Shown in pieces: positions 37,400-50,436 of a stretch of 64,000 bases of DNA. Positions within the stretch are counted from its first letter, which is position 1. Every line of letters starts with the position of its first letter. The stretch lies in contig JANJGN010000036.1 in the NCBI GenBank assembly GCA_026770705.1, positions 3,286,001 through 3,350,000 on the forward strand, given 5' to 3'. The DNA comes from Isurus oxyrinchus. Lineage: Eukaryota. Position numbers and translations under genes: made by a program. Below the pieces are notes generated by a model. It had not been told where the DNA came from. It did not search any database and worked only from the letters and a program-made list of their open reading frames with translations.

Positions 37400-39470
37400 G
37401 AGTTCTTTCTTATATCAATGGAAATAAACAGTGGGCTTCCCCCGGGGACAGTATTTTATGCATAATAATGACTTGGAATTTGTCACATAGGCATAATTGT
37501 AATGTTTTCAAAAGATACACTTGCGAGTGCAGTACATGATGAGACAGTAAGCAATGGATTTCAAGAGGGCAGAGGCTGACACATAGCAGATCACTTTTAA
37601 AACAGAAGAATTCAGTGATACATTTTATTATGAAGCATTGGAAAGGCAATGGAAATAAATGCTGCAACTTTAAAAGAAGATGCAGGAATACACACAAACA
37701 ACAATCTGACAGGGGAAATTCCTCCTCATTTCTAATAGACACCGTGTGTGGCAGCTTTGAATGTGGCCGGATGAATTAAGACGATTTTTTCAAAAACAAA
37801 AAAGATCCCTTGTCTTTAAATAGCAGAGGAATTCAATACAAAAATAAGCACGGAATCTACGTGAAACCTTTGCAAAACACTGGCTAGACCACAAATGCAG
37901 CATTGTGTACAAATATGTCCCCACACTCTGGGGACTAGTCAAGGCCTTGGAGATGGGTTAGATGTGATTTGCCTGCTTGACTCCATGAATGAGGAACGTC
38001 AGTATTGTGGAAAGACTTGAAAAATTGTATTTTTCTCCTGAAAGCACAGAAGATTAAGAGGAGATTTGATCGAGCCTTTCACCTGCTGCAGATTCTGTGA
38101 CTGTGAACAGTCACCTACTTTAGAGGGAATGACTGTGAACAGTCACCTAATTTAGAGGAAGTGATTGTAAACAGAGGTGCCTATGATAAAGTGGCTAACT
38201 GTGAATTGAGAGACCTGCGATAGAGGGACTGACTGTGAACAGAGACACCTACTGTGGGGGGAGTGAGGATGAACAAGGAGACAAATGATATGGAAATAAA
38301 ACAGGAAAGTGGAGTCGAAGAAGTAAGGACAGATCTACTGAGCACAGAGATCTCCAATGGGGCCCAGAGAATCACATGTGTTAAAGGGGTCACTCCCTCA
38401 ACCCACCGTCAATTGTGTGCGTTAACTTCAGAGAAAATGTTTCTTCACATAACAAAGAGCATAATTAGAGGTCATCAATATAACACAGCAACTAATAAAT
38501 GCAATAGAAAATTCAGAAGAATCTTCTTTACCCAGAAAGTGGTGAGAATGTGGATGTCACTACCAGAGGGAGTGGCTGGGGTGAATGGAAGAAGAGTTTT
38601 CTAGGAAATTAGACACCTATTTGAGTGAAAAGGGTGGTTGTTAAATTTAGATTTAAACAAGAAAAAAAATGGAGGAGGCTTGAGTGGAGAATGAGCACTG
38701 GCTTGGACTGGTCAGGCAGAATGGTCTGTTTGTCTATTATACACCCTTTCTAATCCTGTGTAATAATTAATCATCTAATGGAGAGAAGTGAAAAGCAGAT
38801 TTTTTTAAAGTTTAGGGGCCAGTCAATGTTGGCAATCAGAGGCTTTTTTGAGTGCCCATGTGCACAAATCACAGGCAGTTAACATTCAATTCAGCAAGAT
38901 TTTGGCAAATATTATGTCAGTCGTTATTTGCAAGGGCGTTGGAATGTAAAAGTAAGGAAGTATTACTGCAATTGTACAGGGCTGTGTTCAGATCATACCT
39001 GGGCACTTTCAAGGTGGAAGATGTGTCATGTGGAGTACGAAAAGGAACTTTGAGAGGGCTTCAACTATTTATAATCTCTATTAATAACTTAGATGAAGAG
39101 ACCGAGAATAATACATCTAAGTTTAATGACAATGTAAAGCTCTGTTGGAATGCAAACTGTGAGGAGGACACAAAGAGGCTGCAAAGAGAGGTCATCAGTT
39201 TAAGTAAGTAGTCAACAAGGTGGCTGAAGGGGCATAATATGGGGAAGTGTGACATTATTCACATTGGTTGCAAATATAGACAAAAAGGCACATTTCTTTG
39301 CTTCTCCTCATCCAAGGGACTGAGATTGATCTATTTTTGGACTCTATGTGAATCAAGGGATCTGGGGATAGTGCGGGAAAGCGGAGCTGAGATAAGAGAT
39401 CAGAAGAGAACTTACTGAATGGTAGACTAGGCTGTAAAGGCTGAAAGGCCTCCTCCTGTTCCTGTTCCTT
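37400..39470 (+). mobile_element. Patchwork of old CR1-type LINE fragments
   Basis: RRIFFTQKVVRMW, KEVLLQLYRAV, INNLDEETENNTSKFND remnants and several CR1-like 3' UTRs. Boundaries approximate. Confidence 0.7.
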
Positions 39471-40169
39471 CTGTGGAGGCAGAGCCTAACACGTCAAATG
39501 GTTTTGGAAAATCTGGATGTCAGCCAGGGGTGGAGTTAAGACAGGGCAATACATTTTACTCATGTTTGGATCACGCTGCTGGTTTAATTTATGTTTGAGT
39601 TGTGCTGGGGTTGCAGTGAGCTGTTTGGCTGGTGTGTGCTACAAGTTATCAGAGTTATGTTAATGGAGGGCCAATCACTCATGCTGCATCTTGCAACCCT
39701 CTTTTCTAGAGATCAGACCCCAGCAGCAAATGGGGTCCCTCTTCCTTGGACAGGATTTCCACACTCAGTAAGTGGCTTTTGACAGGATGTTGTAAGGTGA
39801 TCAGTTGTTTTGAGGGTGGATGTGGCATTATCTACGCAGCCTGCAGGTGATGACAGCCCAAGCCATTCAGCCCATTGATCTGTGTTATCCCTCTGAAATA
39901 GCTCCCTGCTCACCCTTAGTCTACACTCCCCTCAGCTCTTAAACTGTTATTTTTGAAAAACTGTTCAATTTCCTTTTAAGATGTATTCGCAATTCTGTTC
40001 CAAGAGAGCAAGTCCCTGACTAGTAACCCATTGTCTAAAAGATATTATCCTCTCCTCTTCCTCAATTATTTTTGGCAATGATTTTAACTCAATAGTGGCC
40101 AATGTAACCATCTCTGAAGAGAGCTCGGGTGGAGGGGGGGCGGTGATAATAAAAAGCTCTGACTGAAAG

Positions 40170-41160
40170 TAAGCAGTAATGAGGAGATAAAGAATCCGCA
40201 AAGGGAGCTAAACTGCTCAGTTGATTGGGTGAGAAAGTGGCAGAATGAGTGTAATGTTATGAAATGTGACGTTTTGCTTGGGGGTGCAAAGAATAGATAC
40301 GCAGGGTCTTTGTAAAAGTTGAGGGACTTGGAAATACTGGTACTCTGAGGGATTGGGTGCCCTTGTAAACTTAACGCAGGAACGAACAATCAGGGACAGC
40401 AAGCACATTAGGGAGGTAAATCGTTTGTTCAGGCTCATTGCGAGGAGGGTTGGAGTAGTTTAAGATTAAGGGGAATCTGAGTGTAATTGTAGAATGTGTT
40501 ACTGAGACAGTACCTGGACCTTATCTGGAATAATGTGTGCAGTTTTGCTCTACTTACCTAAGGAAGGATGCACTTGCCTGAGAGGGAGTGCAATGCGTGT
40601 TCACTGGGTTGATTCCTTGGATGAGAGGATTGTCATATGATAAGAGATTGAATAGAATGGTTCTATATCCTCAGGAGTTTAGAAGAAATATTGATGATCT
40701 CATTGAAAAGTGTAAAATTATCGGAGAGTTTGACTGGGCAGATGTTGAGAGGCTTTTCCAGCCCCGTTATCCCCAGCCCCCCAACACCGCCTCCCTGCCT
40801 TGGCTGGTGTGTTCAGGACTCAGGATCACAGTCTCAGGATTATGAGTCAGCTACTTAGGGCTGGGTTATGGAGAAAATTCTTCACGCAGTGTTGTGAAGC
40901 TTTGGAATTCTCCATCCCTGGGAGCTGTGGGTGCTCAGTCACTGAGTATATCCAATGCAGAGATACGAGAATATAGAGTTGAGTGACTGCGTATATTCAA
41001 TGCTGACATCAATAGATTAATACACACTAAGGGAATTAAGGGATGTGGAGATAAGGCAGGGAGGTGGCGTTGAATTAGACGATCGCCCATAATCTTATTG
41101 AATGGTGGAGAAGGCGCAAAGGGCCAAAAATCCTCCTCCTGCTCTAATTCCTGATGTTCT
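40170..41160 (+). mobile_element. CR1-type LINE 3' fragment
   Basis: FTGLIPWMRGLSYDKRLNRM...DLIE remnant plus 3' UTR. Confidence 0.82.
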
Positions 41161-41430
41161 TTTGTGTGAAGGTCGGTGTGGGGTGTACAATAAGTCTTGT
41201 TGATTTAAAGACTGCTTTAGACCTTCATACATTTATCAGTCCAGTTGAAACCACGACAGTGATGATTCACATTTTCCAGCAACCAGGCCCCAGTCTGTAG
41301 CTGAAAGCAGCACTGAAAGCAGCTCAGCCCCTCTCTATCCACTCACACACAACGTGGCTGGTGCTTCAAAGGTCTTAATTTAGCTCCTAATACCGAATGG
41401 TTGCTTTTTTTGGCCTGTTTGTGAAGTAGT

Positions 41431-41584
41431 GCAGGTGTTGTGGTCATTCACCTCAGGCAAAGGGGGAGAGCGTCACAGGAGGAGGAACTGAAACCTTTCT
41501 GTTCACTGGCCGATTAGCAGCCAAGGGTGACAGCATCTGTCCCCAGCTTCCACACTCTGAAATTTCACAGAAGCGGCTGTGGTT
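41431..41584. promoter_or_regulatory. Candidate B-cell enhancer (EICE, E-boxes, RUNX)
   Basis: GCAGGTG 41431-41437, TGTGGT 41439-41444, CGTCA 41471-41475, GGAACTGAAA 41484-41493, CATCTG 41534-41539, TGTGGTT 41578-41584, in an island between repeats. Function is inferred from motifs only. Confidence 0.5.
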
Positions 41585-41904
41585 TCACACAGGAAAACGA
41601 CAGAAATCTCAGAGGCACATTTGAACCCGACATTCTTGGACACCTTGCACTTTACAGAAACTGACAACCCAATGTGGGCCGGGCCACACAAAAACAACCA
41701 GCAAAACTCCTATTATTTATCCCCTGGACTGTCTCACTCTTCACTTCTCGACGCTGTTTCCAAACAAACCTGCCTCATAACCTAACTCGCACCAAGTATC
41801 ATTCACTCATCAAACCACCCCAGCCTGTGGTCCCTGCTTTGCTTAGGCTCGCAGTTATGCCATGCCTTGATTTTAAACTGTTCATCTTTGCTTTGAAATC
41901 CCAC

Positions 41905-42860
41905 TAGTCTCTCTCCCCTCCCTATCTCTGTAAAAGTTTTCCAGCCCCTACAGACCACCCTGTTCCTGTAACCTCCTCATGCCTCCATACATCTTCTAAT
42001 CTCTGTGACCTGATCAAGCACTGCACACCTCTCAATCTCTGTAACTTCCTCCAGACCCTACATCATTCCCTCTCTGTGACATATTCAAACCAGTACAAAC
42101 CTCCCTATCTCTGTAACTTTATCCAGCACCCACCCNNNNNNNNNNNNNNNNNNNNNNNNNNNNNNNNNNNNNNNNNNNNNNNNNNNNNNNNNNNNNNNNN
42201 NNNNNNNNNNNNNNNNNNNNNNNNNNNNNNNNNNNNNNNNNNNNNNNNNNNNNNNNNNNNNNNNNNNNNNNNNNNNNNNNNNNNNNNCGTTCTCCCAAAC
42301 CTATATCACTCCCTATCTCTTTAGGCTTCCTCCATCTCCTAAAATACTCCCTCTCCCTGTAACCATCTCAGACCAGTACACCCCTCAGAATCTCTGGAAT
42401 CCTCTAAGACACCAACTGTTTCTGTAAACACCTTCAGTCCTTACAGCCCTCCATATAACTGTATATTCCAATAGCCCCTACACCACTCCTTTTCTCTGTA
42501 ATGACCTCCAGTGCCAAAAACCCTCCCTACCTCTATAACCTGATGCAGCAGCTACAATGCTCCCTATCTCTGTGACTTGATTAAGCCACTGCAGCCCTCT
42601 TTACCTCTGTAACGTTCTTCAGACCTTTCATCACTCCCTTACTCTGTGAATTCCTCCATCCCCTCAATCCTGCCTCCTAATTCTTTAACTTTCTCCAGCC
42701 CACACCCCCCAAACAGCCCGGTCTCAGTATCCCTGCTCCAGCCGCTACACACCTCCATATCTGTCTAACCTACTAGAACCGCTCTAATACTCCTTATTCC
42801 TGTACCCTCTGCAACCATCACAACTTTCCCTATGCATGTAACCTCCTCCAACCACTGAAA
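41905..42860 (+). repeat. Degenerate ~35-40-bp tandem repeat (CCCTATCTCTGTAACCTCCTCCAGCCCCTACA-like), interrupted by the CR1 and resuming at about 44790-44970
   Basis: Recurrent CTCTGTAAC...CTCCAGCCCC motif on both sides of the LINE. Confidence 0.8.
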
Positions 42861-42864
42861 CAAT

Positions 42865-44785
42865 ACAAATTGGCCAGAAAAAAACAACAGACCTGAGGAT
42901 TGGGAGCAGTTTAGAATTCAGCAATGGAGGACCAAATCATTGATTAAGAAGGGGAAAATACATTACAAGAGTAAGCTTGCAGGGAACATAAAATCTGCCT
43001 GTAAAAGTTTCTATAGGTAGTGTGGAGAAAAAGATTGGTGAAGACAAATGTAGGTCCCTTACAGTCAAAAACAGGGGAAATCATAATGGAGAATAAAGAA
43101 ATAGCTGACCAACTAAATACATACTTTGGTTCTGTCTTCACAAAGGAGGACACGAATAACATATCAGAAATGTTGGGGAACACGGGGTTTAGTGAGAGGG
43201 AGGAATTGAAAGAAATCAGTATTAGTCGGGAAATGGTGTTGAGAAATTTGATGGGATTGAAGGCCGATAAATCCCCGGCACCTGATAATCTACATCCCAG
43301 AGTAATTAAGGAAGTGGCCCAAGAAATAGTGGCTACATTGATGGATGGTCATCTTCCAAGATTCTATAGACTCTGGAACAGTTCCTACAGGTTGGAGGGT
43401 AGCTAATGTAACTCCACTGTTTAAAAAGGGAGACAGAGAGAAAACAGGGAATTATCGACGAGTCCGCCTGACGTCGGTAGTGGGGAAAATTCTAGAGTGC
43501 ATTATAAAAGATTTAATAGCTGAGCACGTGGAAAGCAGTGGCAGAATCAGACATGGTCAGCATGGATTTATGAAAGGGAAATCATGCTTGACAAATCTAC
43601 TGGAATTTTTAGAGGATGTAACTAGTAGAGTTGATGAGGGGGAGCCAGTGAATGTGGTTTATTTGCACTTTCATAAGACTTTCATCAAAGTCCCACATAA
43701 GAGATTAGCACGTAAAATTTAAGCACATGGAATTCAGGGTAGTGTATTGAGATGGACAGAAAACTGTTTGAAAGACAGGAAACAAAGAGTGGTCTTAAAC
43801 GGTTCATTTTCTGAATGGCAGGCAGTGACTAGTGGGGTACCACAGGGATCGGTGCTGGGACCCCAGTTATTCACAATATATATTAATGATTTAAATGAGG
43901 GAATTCAATGCAATATTTCCAAATTTGCAGATGACACAAAGCTGGATGGGAAGGTGAGCTGTGAGGAGGATGCAGAGATGCTTCAGTGTGATTTGGACAG
44001 CTGAGTGATTGGGCAAATCCATGGCAGATGCAGTATAATGTGGATAAATGTGAGATTATCCATTTTGGTAGCAAAAACATGAAGGCAGATAATTATCTGA
44101 ATGCCGAGAAATTAGGAGAGGAGAATGTGCATCGAGACCTGGGTGTCCTTGTACTCCAGTCACTGAAGGTAAGCATGCAGGTGCAGCAGGCGCTAAAGAA
44201 GGCAAATGGTATGTTGGTCTTCATAGCCAGATGATTCGAGTACAGGAACAGGGATGTCTTGCTGCAGTTGCACAGGACCTTGGTGAGACCACACCTGGAA
44301 TACTGTGTGCAGTTTTGGCTCCTTATCTGAGGAATGATGTTCCTGCTATAGAGGGAGTGCAGCAAATGTTTACCCAACTGATTCCTGGAATGGCGGGACT
44401 GACATACAAGGAGAGATTGATTTGATTAGGATTATATTTGCTGGAGTTCGGGACAAGACAGCGGCGATGATGGTGGAGTCGAGAATCAGGAGTCACAGTC
44501 TGAGGATATGGGGTAGACCATTTAGGGCTGAGATGAGGAGAAACCCCTTCACCCAAAGACTGGTGAGCCTGTGGAGTTCGTTACCACAGAAAATAGATGA
44601 GACCAAAACATTATATCTTTTCAAGAAAGATGTAGATATTGCTCTTGGGGTGAAAAGGATCAAAAGATATGGGGAGAAAGTGGGAGCAGGCTATTGAGTT
44701 GATCAGCCATGATCATAATGAATAGTGGGGCAGGCTTGAAGGGCCGAATGGCCTACTGCTGCACCTAGTTTCTATGTTTCTATGA
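42865..44785 (+). mobile_element. CR1-type LINE, 5'-truncated, degenerate ORF2 (reverse transcriptase)
   Basis: Frameshifted ORFs contain KSPAPDNLHPR, WRVANVTPLFKKG, QHGFMKGKSCLTNL, SGVPQGSVLGP, SKFADDTKL; 3' tail TTTCTATGTTTCTATG. Confidence 0.95.
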
Positions 44786-45487
44786 TTATCTGAACCCCTC
44801 CCTATCTCCATAATCACCTCCAGCCCCACCGTGACCTTCTCTGTGACCTTCTCCAGCAACTGTAAACCTCCATATCTCTGTCAGTTTTTTGCATCCTTAC
44901 AACAATCTCTGCAACATTCACCAGCCACCACAACACTCACCTATCTCTGTAATCTCCTCCAGCCCCTGAAATTCTTATCCGTTTGCGTGGCCGAGTGGCC
45001 CACTCCTGCTCCTATTTTGTATATTTGCGCGTTTATATACGCTGCAGGAATTCACCAAGGCTCCTTCATCAGCACCTTCCAAACCCATGACCACTGCCAC
45101 CTAGAAGGGCAAGGGCAGCTGATGCATGGGAACATCCTTGCAGAGAGAGAGAGAGAGTGAAATAGACAAAGGGAGGCCAATAGCCAGGGAGCACCGATCA
45201 TTAAAAGGGGCATAGAGCACAAGAGCAAGGAGGTTATGTTGATTATTTATTAGGCACGAGTTAGGCCTCAGCTCGAGTATTGTGCCCTGTTCTGGGTGCC
45301 ACAATTTAGGAAGGGTGTGAAGCCACAGGGCAGAGTGCAGTAAAGTTTTACGAGAATGGTTCCATGGGTGAGGAACTTCAGTTATGGTGATGGATTGGGG
45401 AATTTGGGACTGTTTTCCTTGGAGAAAAAAAAAAGAATGAGGGCAGAATCTATAGAGGTACACAAGATCCTGTTGGGGTGTTTGTGA

Positions 45488-45730
45488 CACACTGGTTAAT
45501 GCCCCTACCTCTGAGCCAGTCGCTCCAAGTTCGAGTGCCACTCAGGACTCGATGGCCATGGAACGTGCGTCCATAACGTGGCCGAACTGGTTTATTATCA
45601 GCCTGGAAATCCTTCCAATGTGTCAGATGGCAGACGGTAGAAGTGGGAGAGACTCCAGGTCAGCCAGAACCTGCTGAAGGCAATGGCAAAGCACTGCAAC
45701 ACCTTGTCAAGCATAACCATGGAGTAAGGC
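45488..45730 (+). mobile_element. tRNA-derived SINE
   Basis: Pol III A-box-like TGGTTAATG and B-box-like GTTCGAGTG, with a downstream GAAGGCAATGGCAAAGCACT motif resembling RTE-related SINE tails. Confidence 0.6.
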
Positions 45731-46156
45731 ATGGAAGGCAAAGGCCATCTTAGGACAGGGTACCTGAAGAAGGAGAGATTTAAGATCATGAGGATTCTGG
45801 ACACTCGGAGACGGTGAGAAACTATTTGTGCCTTTTGAGTATAACAACATTGTTAGCATCTTATCAGTCAATACAGGCTGCAAAATATATTCTATGAATC
45901 CAGGCTTGTAATATCCAGACAAGCAGATACACACAAACTCAGGTATACAAATACAGACAGACAGACACAGACACACATGAGAGAATAATTCCCATATGTC
46001 ACATATCTGTTTTCCTTCCTTAGGTCTGGGGATGAAAACTCTCCTCAGTAATCCAGGTGTTCTCTCAGCAAAACACTTGCAGCAAGATGTGCTTACTCTT
46101 AAACTCCAACCCCTTTGCAATGAAGGCCAAAAGTTCATTTACCTTTCTCTTGGTTA

Positions 46157-46362
46157 CCCCTCGATTAGATTCTAGTCTGTAACTCACTCCCAGGTACCTG
46201 TTATTCTACATATTAACCATCCCGAACCCCTTGATTAGATTCTAGTCTGTAACTCACTCCCGGGCATATGTTAACTGATATATAAACCACCACAAACCTT
46301 TCTATTAGATTCCAGTCTGTAACTCACTCCTGGGTATCTGTTATTCTATATATAAACCACCT
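46157..46362 (+). repeat. ~70-bp tandem repeat, 3 copies
   Basis: GATTAGATTCTAGTCTGTAACTCACTCCC.GG...TGTTATTCTA.ATATAAACCA x3. Confidence 0.88.
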
Positions 46363-46395
46363 CGAGGAGATTCCAGCACTTCCACATCACAAGTT

Positions 46396-46738
46396 GAGAA
46401 AGGGATCTCCCTCCATTTTAAAGATGAAGAAGAGATCTCACTCTAATTTTAAGGTTAAGAAAGGATCTCCTTGCATTTTAAAGATGGGGATGGGATCTCC
46501 CACAATTTTCAAAATGGAGGTGGGACCTCTCTTCAATTGAAAGAGGGAGAAGGGATCTCCCTCCATTTTAAAGATGGGAAAGGAATCTCGCTTCATTTTA
46601 AAGATGGAGAAGGGACCTCCCTCCATTTTAAACATGGAGATGGGATTTCCCTCCATTTTAAAGATGTAAGACGGATCTCGCTCCATTTTTATGATGGAGA
46701 AGGGATCTCCCTGCAATTTCAAGATGGGGAATGGATAT
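46396..46738. repeat. 30-bp quasi-palindromic minisatellite, array 3
   Basis: About 11 copies; the upstream flank TTCCAGCACTT matches that of array 1. Confidence 0.93.
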
Positions 46739-47359
46739 GTCACAGGATATGTTACTTTATACCCAGTAATGATTACAAATCTTTGAACATTTCCACTTTT
46801 CCCCTGCTCTGCCTCTTTCCTTCATCCTGTCTCATTCCTTCTCTTGCTTTCCCACCCCATCTTCCAGTCACTCTCACCACATTTCTCTGTTTCCCTGTCT
46901 AACCCCATCTCTTTATCCCACACTCGCTCCCCTCTTTTCAGCTCTTACTCTCTCACCCCATCCCTGTTTTTTGGCGCGATCCCCAATATCTATCTCACTT
47001 TCTCGTCCCATCTGTCTTTCTCTCTCACCCTGTCTTTCTGCTACTCTGTCCCTCTATCTCTTGTTCCATCTATCATTCTCTCTGTCACTCTCTTCCTCCG
47101 TTGCTCTACTCCTCTCTCTGTCACGCCCATCTCTCCCCCTCTCCCNNNNNNNNNNNNNNNNNNNNNNNNNNNNNNNNNNNNNNNNNNNNNNNNNNNNNNN
47201 NNNNNNNNNNNNNNNNNNNNNNNNNNNNNNNNNNNNNNNNNNNNNNNNNNNNNNNNNNNNNNNNNNNNNNNNNNNNNNNNNNNNNNNGCCAAAATTGGAT
47301 GTGAAGCTGAATGGAAAATATTTTCAGGGTCACGGCGAAAAGGCAGATGAGTGAGACCA

Positions 47360-47930
47360 GTGAAACGTGGATACAAAATTGGCTGAGGGATAGCTTGGGT
47401 ATTTATCAGGCTGGAAGTTGGATTGCAGTGGAGTTCCCCAGGGGTTGATATTGGGAGATTTGATTTTCCTGATTTAGATCATGGTGTGCAGGGGACCAAT
47501 TCAGAGTTTGTGGATGGCACAAAACTTGGGAGAATTGTAAACACTGAGGGGGACCGTGTAGAGTTTCAAAATAATATTGACAAGTTGGTGGAGTGAGCAG
47601 ATAGTTGGCCAATGATGTTCAATGTGGAGAAGTGTGAGGTGATGCATTATGGTAGGAGGAACATGGACAGACAAAATAAAATGAGGGGTGAAATTTTGAA
47701 GGTGGTGCAGGAGCAGAAAGACCTGGGTGTATATGTGCAAAGATCATTGAAGGCTGCAGGACAGGTTGAGAGAGTGGTTTATAAAGCATATCGTATTCGG
47801 GGCTTTATTAATAGGGGCATTGTGTACGAGAGCAGGGAGGTTCTGCTGAATTTGTATAAGACACTAATTAGACCTCAGCTGGAGTATTGAGTACGGTCCT
47901 CAGAGCCAGACTACAGGAAGGATGTGATTC
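47360..47930 (+). mobile_element. CR1-type LINE RT fragment
   Basis: MMFNVEKCEVMHYG...EQKDLGVYV...LYKTLIRPQLEY. Confidence 0.88.
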
Positions 47931-49878
47931 CTGGGGCAGTGTGATTACGTGGGATGGAATTGAATTTTACACCTCTTCTGTGTTTGATATTGGAGTCATC
48001 TTCACTTGGGGTGTGTTGTGTTTTGTAGACATTTTCATATATTTGTAAAATAATTCCCTTTTTTCATAGGCTGCATCAGGTTCACTGTGAACTGGAGCTT
48101 TGCATGCATTTTAAAAATTGTTTGAAAATATTTTTAAACTTTGGCCCCTAGTTCCAATCTCTCCCACAAGGGGAAACATCCTCTCCACATCCACCCTGTC
48201 AAGTCCCCTCAGGGTCTCATTCTTTCACTAAGATCACCTCTCCAAATTCTAAACACCAGTCGATACAGGCCCAGCCTATCCAACCTTTCCTCATAAGAAA
48301 ATAAGAATCATTTCCTCATAAGATCGGAGATGATGAGAAATGCCTCACACAATTGGCCTTGTCCTTAGCTTCATTGTTTTCTGAGCAACAATCATTTTCT
48401 ATTCTGACTGCACTAAACCAGGCCTCTGTTTCTATTACACGAGACCCTGCCTCAGTTATCACTGCACGAGACATTCTCTAAGTCGATATAACATGCGGCC
48501 ATGTTTCTGCAAATGTTACATTTCACCCGGTCTCTGCTTGGACTGCACATTTCCCTGCATATCACACAATAGGCCCTGTCTATACTTGGTATCTAACCCC
48601 ATGCTGCCCCTTCCCTGGACCTGGTTGACAGGACAGAGCAGAGGGAATTTTTGTCTCTATTGAACCCCATACTCTATTTGGGTTGGTTGTGTTTGTTGAA
48701 CAGTGTGGATGAAGCTTTACACTGGAATTTAGGTGAGGGGATGATTTGATGAAATATTTCAGGTTAAAAATGGAAATAGAGGTGGTTGATAAAGAGTAAC
48801 TATTTCTGCCGGTTTGGGGAGTCAAAGCCTTGGGTCCATGGTTTTTAGACGATGTTTAGAAGTTTAGAATTTCAGGAGAGAAACTAAGAAACACTTTAAA
48901 ACATCAAGAGTAGTATTAGTTTGGAACTCTCTCACGTGAATAGAAATTGACGGTCAGCCACCAGTCCATGTTTAAAACTGAGGTTGATAGATTTCTGAAA
49001 CCTAAAGGGTACAGAGATATGAGACAAAGCGGTTCGATCACAGATCAGGCAGGATCTCATTGAATGCCAAAACAGGGTTGAAGGGTTAATTGGCCTCTCT
49101 CCCTTTCCATGTGCTATGAATAATATCCGTTATTCACTCTCTGGCTCTCAGTCACCCACTCAGTCTGACGGTCTCTATTTCTCATTCACTGGATCTGTGT
49201 CTTCTCTCCCTCCCTCTCTTATCCTGAGAATCTAGTCTACAAACACCAGTCAGCCAGTTTAGGTTAGTTCACAGTGACCATTTTATGTTCCCACAGCACT
49301 GGAACTAGGCCAGAGTGACCCCTCACTCATCTAACTACTTTAAACGTGACAGAGTCACAAGTATGGAGACATAAATTCCACAAGTATTCCTTGGAATATA
49401 CTTGGGCGTTCAGTCCCACACTTTGCTGTTGTGAATTTGAATCCTGAATTATCTAAAATTGAATCTGGAATTAAAGCCCCCAGGATGGAATGATTCACAT
49501 TCTGTCTGCTGCTGCAAAGCCTGTGTGTGTCTCAGTTTCTCGGTATATATTAATAGTTTAAGATAACTGGATAGAATGCCATAAATCAACTCAGTCATAA
49601 GTGTCCCAATACTCTGACCAATATCATTCTTTCATTGTCTGCCTCTTCATCCCCTCTCACTCTGTGTCTCCCTCTTTAACATTCCCTCGTTCTGCATCTT
49701 CTATGCTTCTCTCTCTCTCTCTCTCTCTCAGATTCTGTAAGATAAATCCCCAAACACCAGTCAGCTATTTCAGGTCTGTTCACATTGGCCATTTTATGTT
49801 CCCACAGCACTGGGACATTTATGACAGAGTTGATTTCTCACGAATGTGCAATTAGCACTCTCAATGTGACAGAGACAC

Positions 49879-50052
49879 AGGGATCTCCCTCCATTTTGAA
49901 GATGGGGAAGGGATCTCCCTCCATTTAAAAGATGGGGAAGGGATCTCCCTCCATTTAAAATATGGAGAAGGGATCTCCCTCCATTTTAAAGATGGAAAAT
50001 GGATCTCCCTCCGTTTTAAAGATGGAGAAGGTATCTGCCTCCATTTGAAATA
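49879..50052. repeat. 30-bp quasi-palindromic minisatellite, array 4
   Basis: About 6 copies; the downstream flank (GGGTYGTTYT.GCTCCATTTC) matches that of array 2. Confidence 0.93.
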
Positions 50053-50403
50053 TTGAGGGTCGTTTTCGCTCCATTTCATCAGTTTTCTCTCTCCCTGCCA
50101 CTTTTGCCTTTCCCCGACTGTCTCTCTGATTCTCTCTCGCTCTCCATGTCTATTTCGGACACTCACTCCTCTCTCTCTGTCTCTCTCCCTCACCACATCC
50201 ATTTTTCTTTCACTCAATTGCCTCTCTCTATCTCTTTCTTTTGCCTTCTCTCTCTTTCTCTCACATCCCATTTCCCTGTCACTATGTCCCACTCTCTCTC
50301 TTGCCCCATTTCTCTGCCTCTCATCCTCTCTCTGTCACTGCCTCTCACTCTATCTCTCTGTCACTCTCTGACCGTCTGTCTATTCTGCCCCTTAGACACC
50401 AAT

Positions 50404-50436
<33 letters not shown>

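Noticed and set aside
45488-45545. tRNA gene
   Set aside because: A/B-box-like motifs only; no full cloverleaf, and it continues into SINE-like body sequence.
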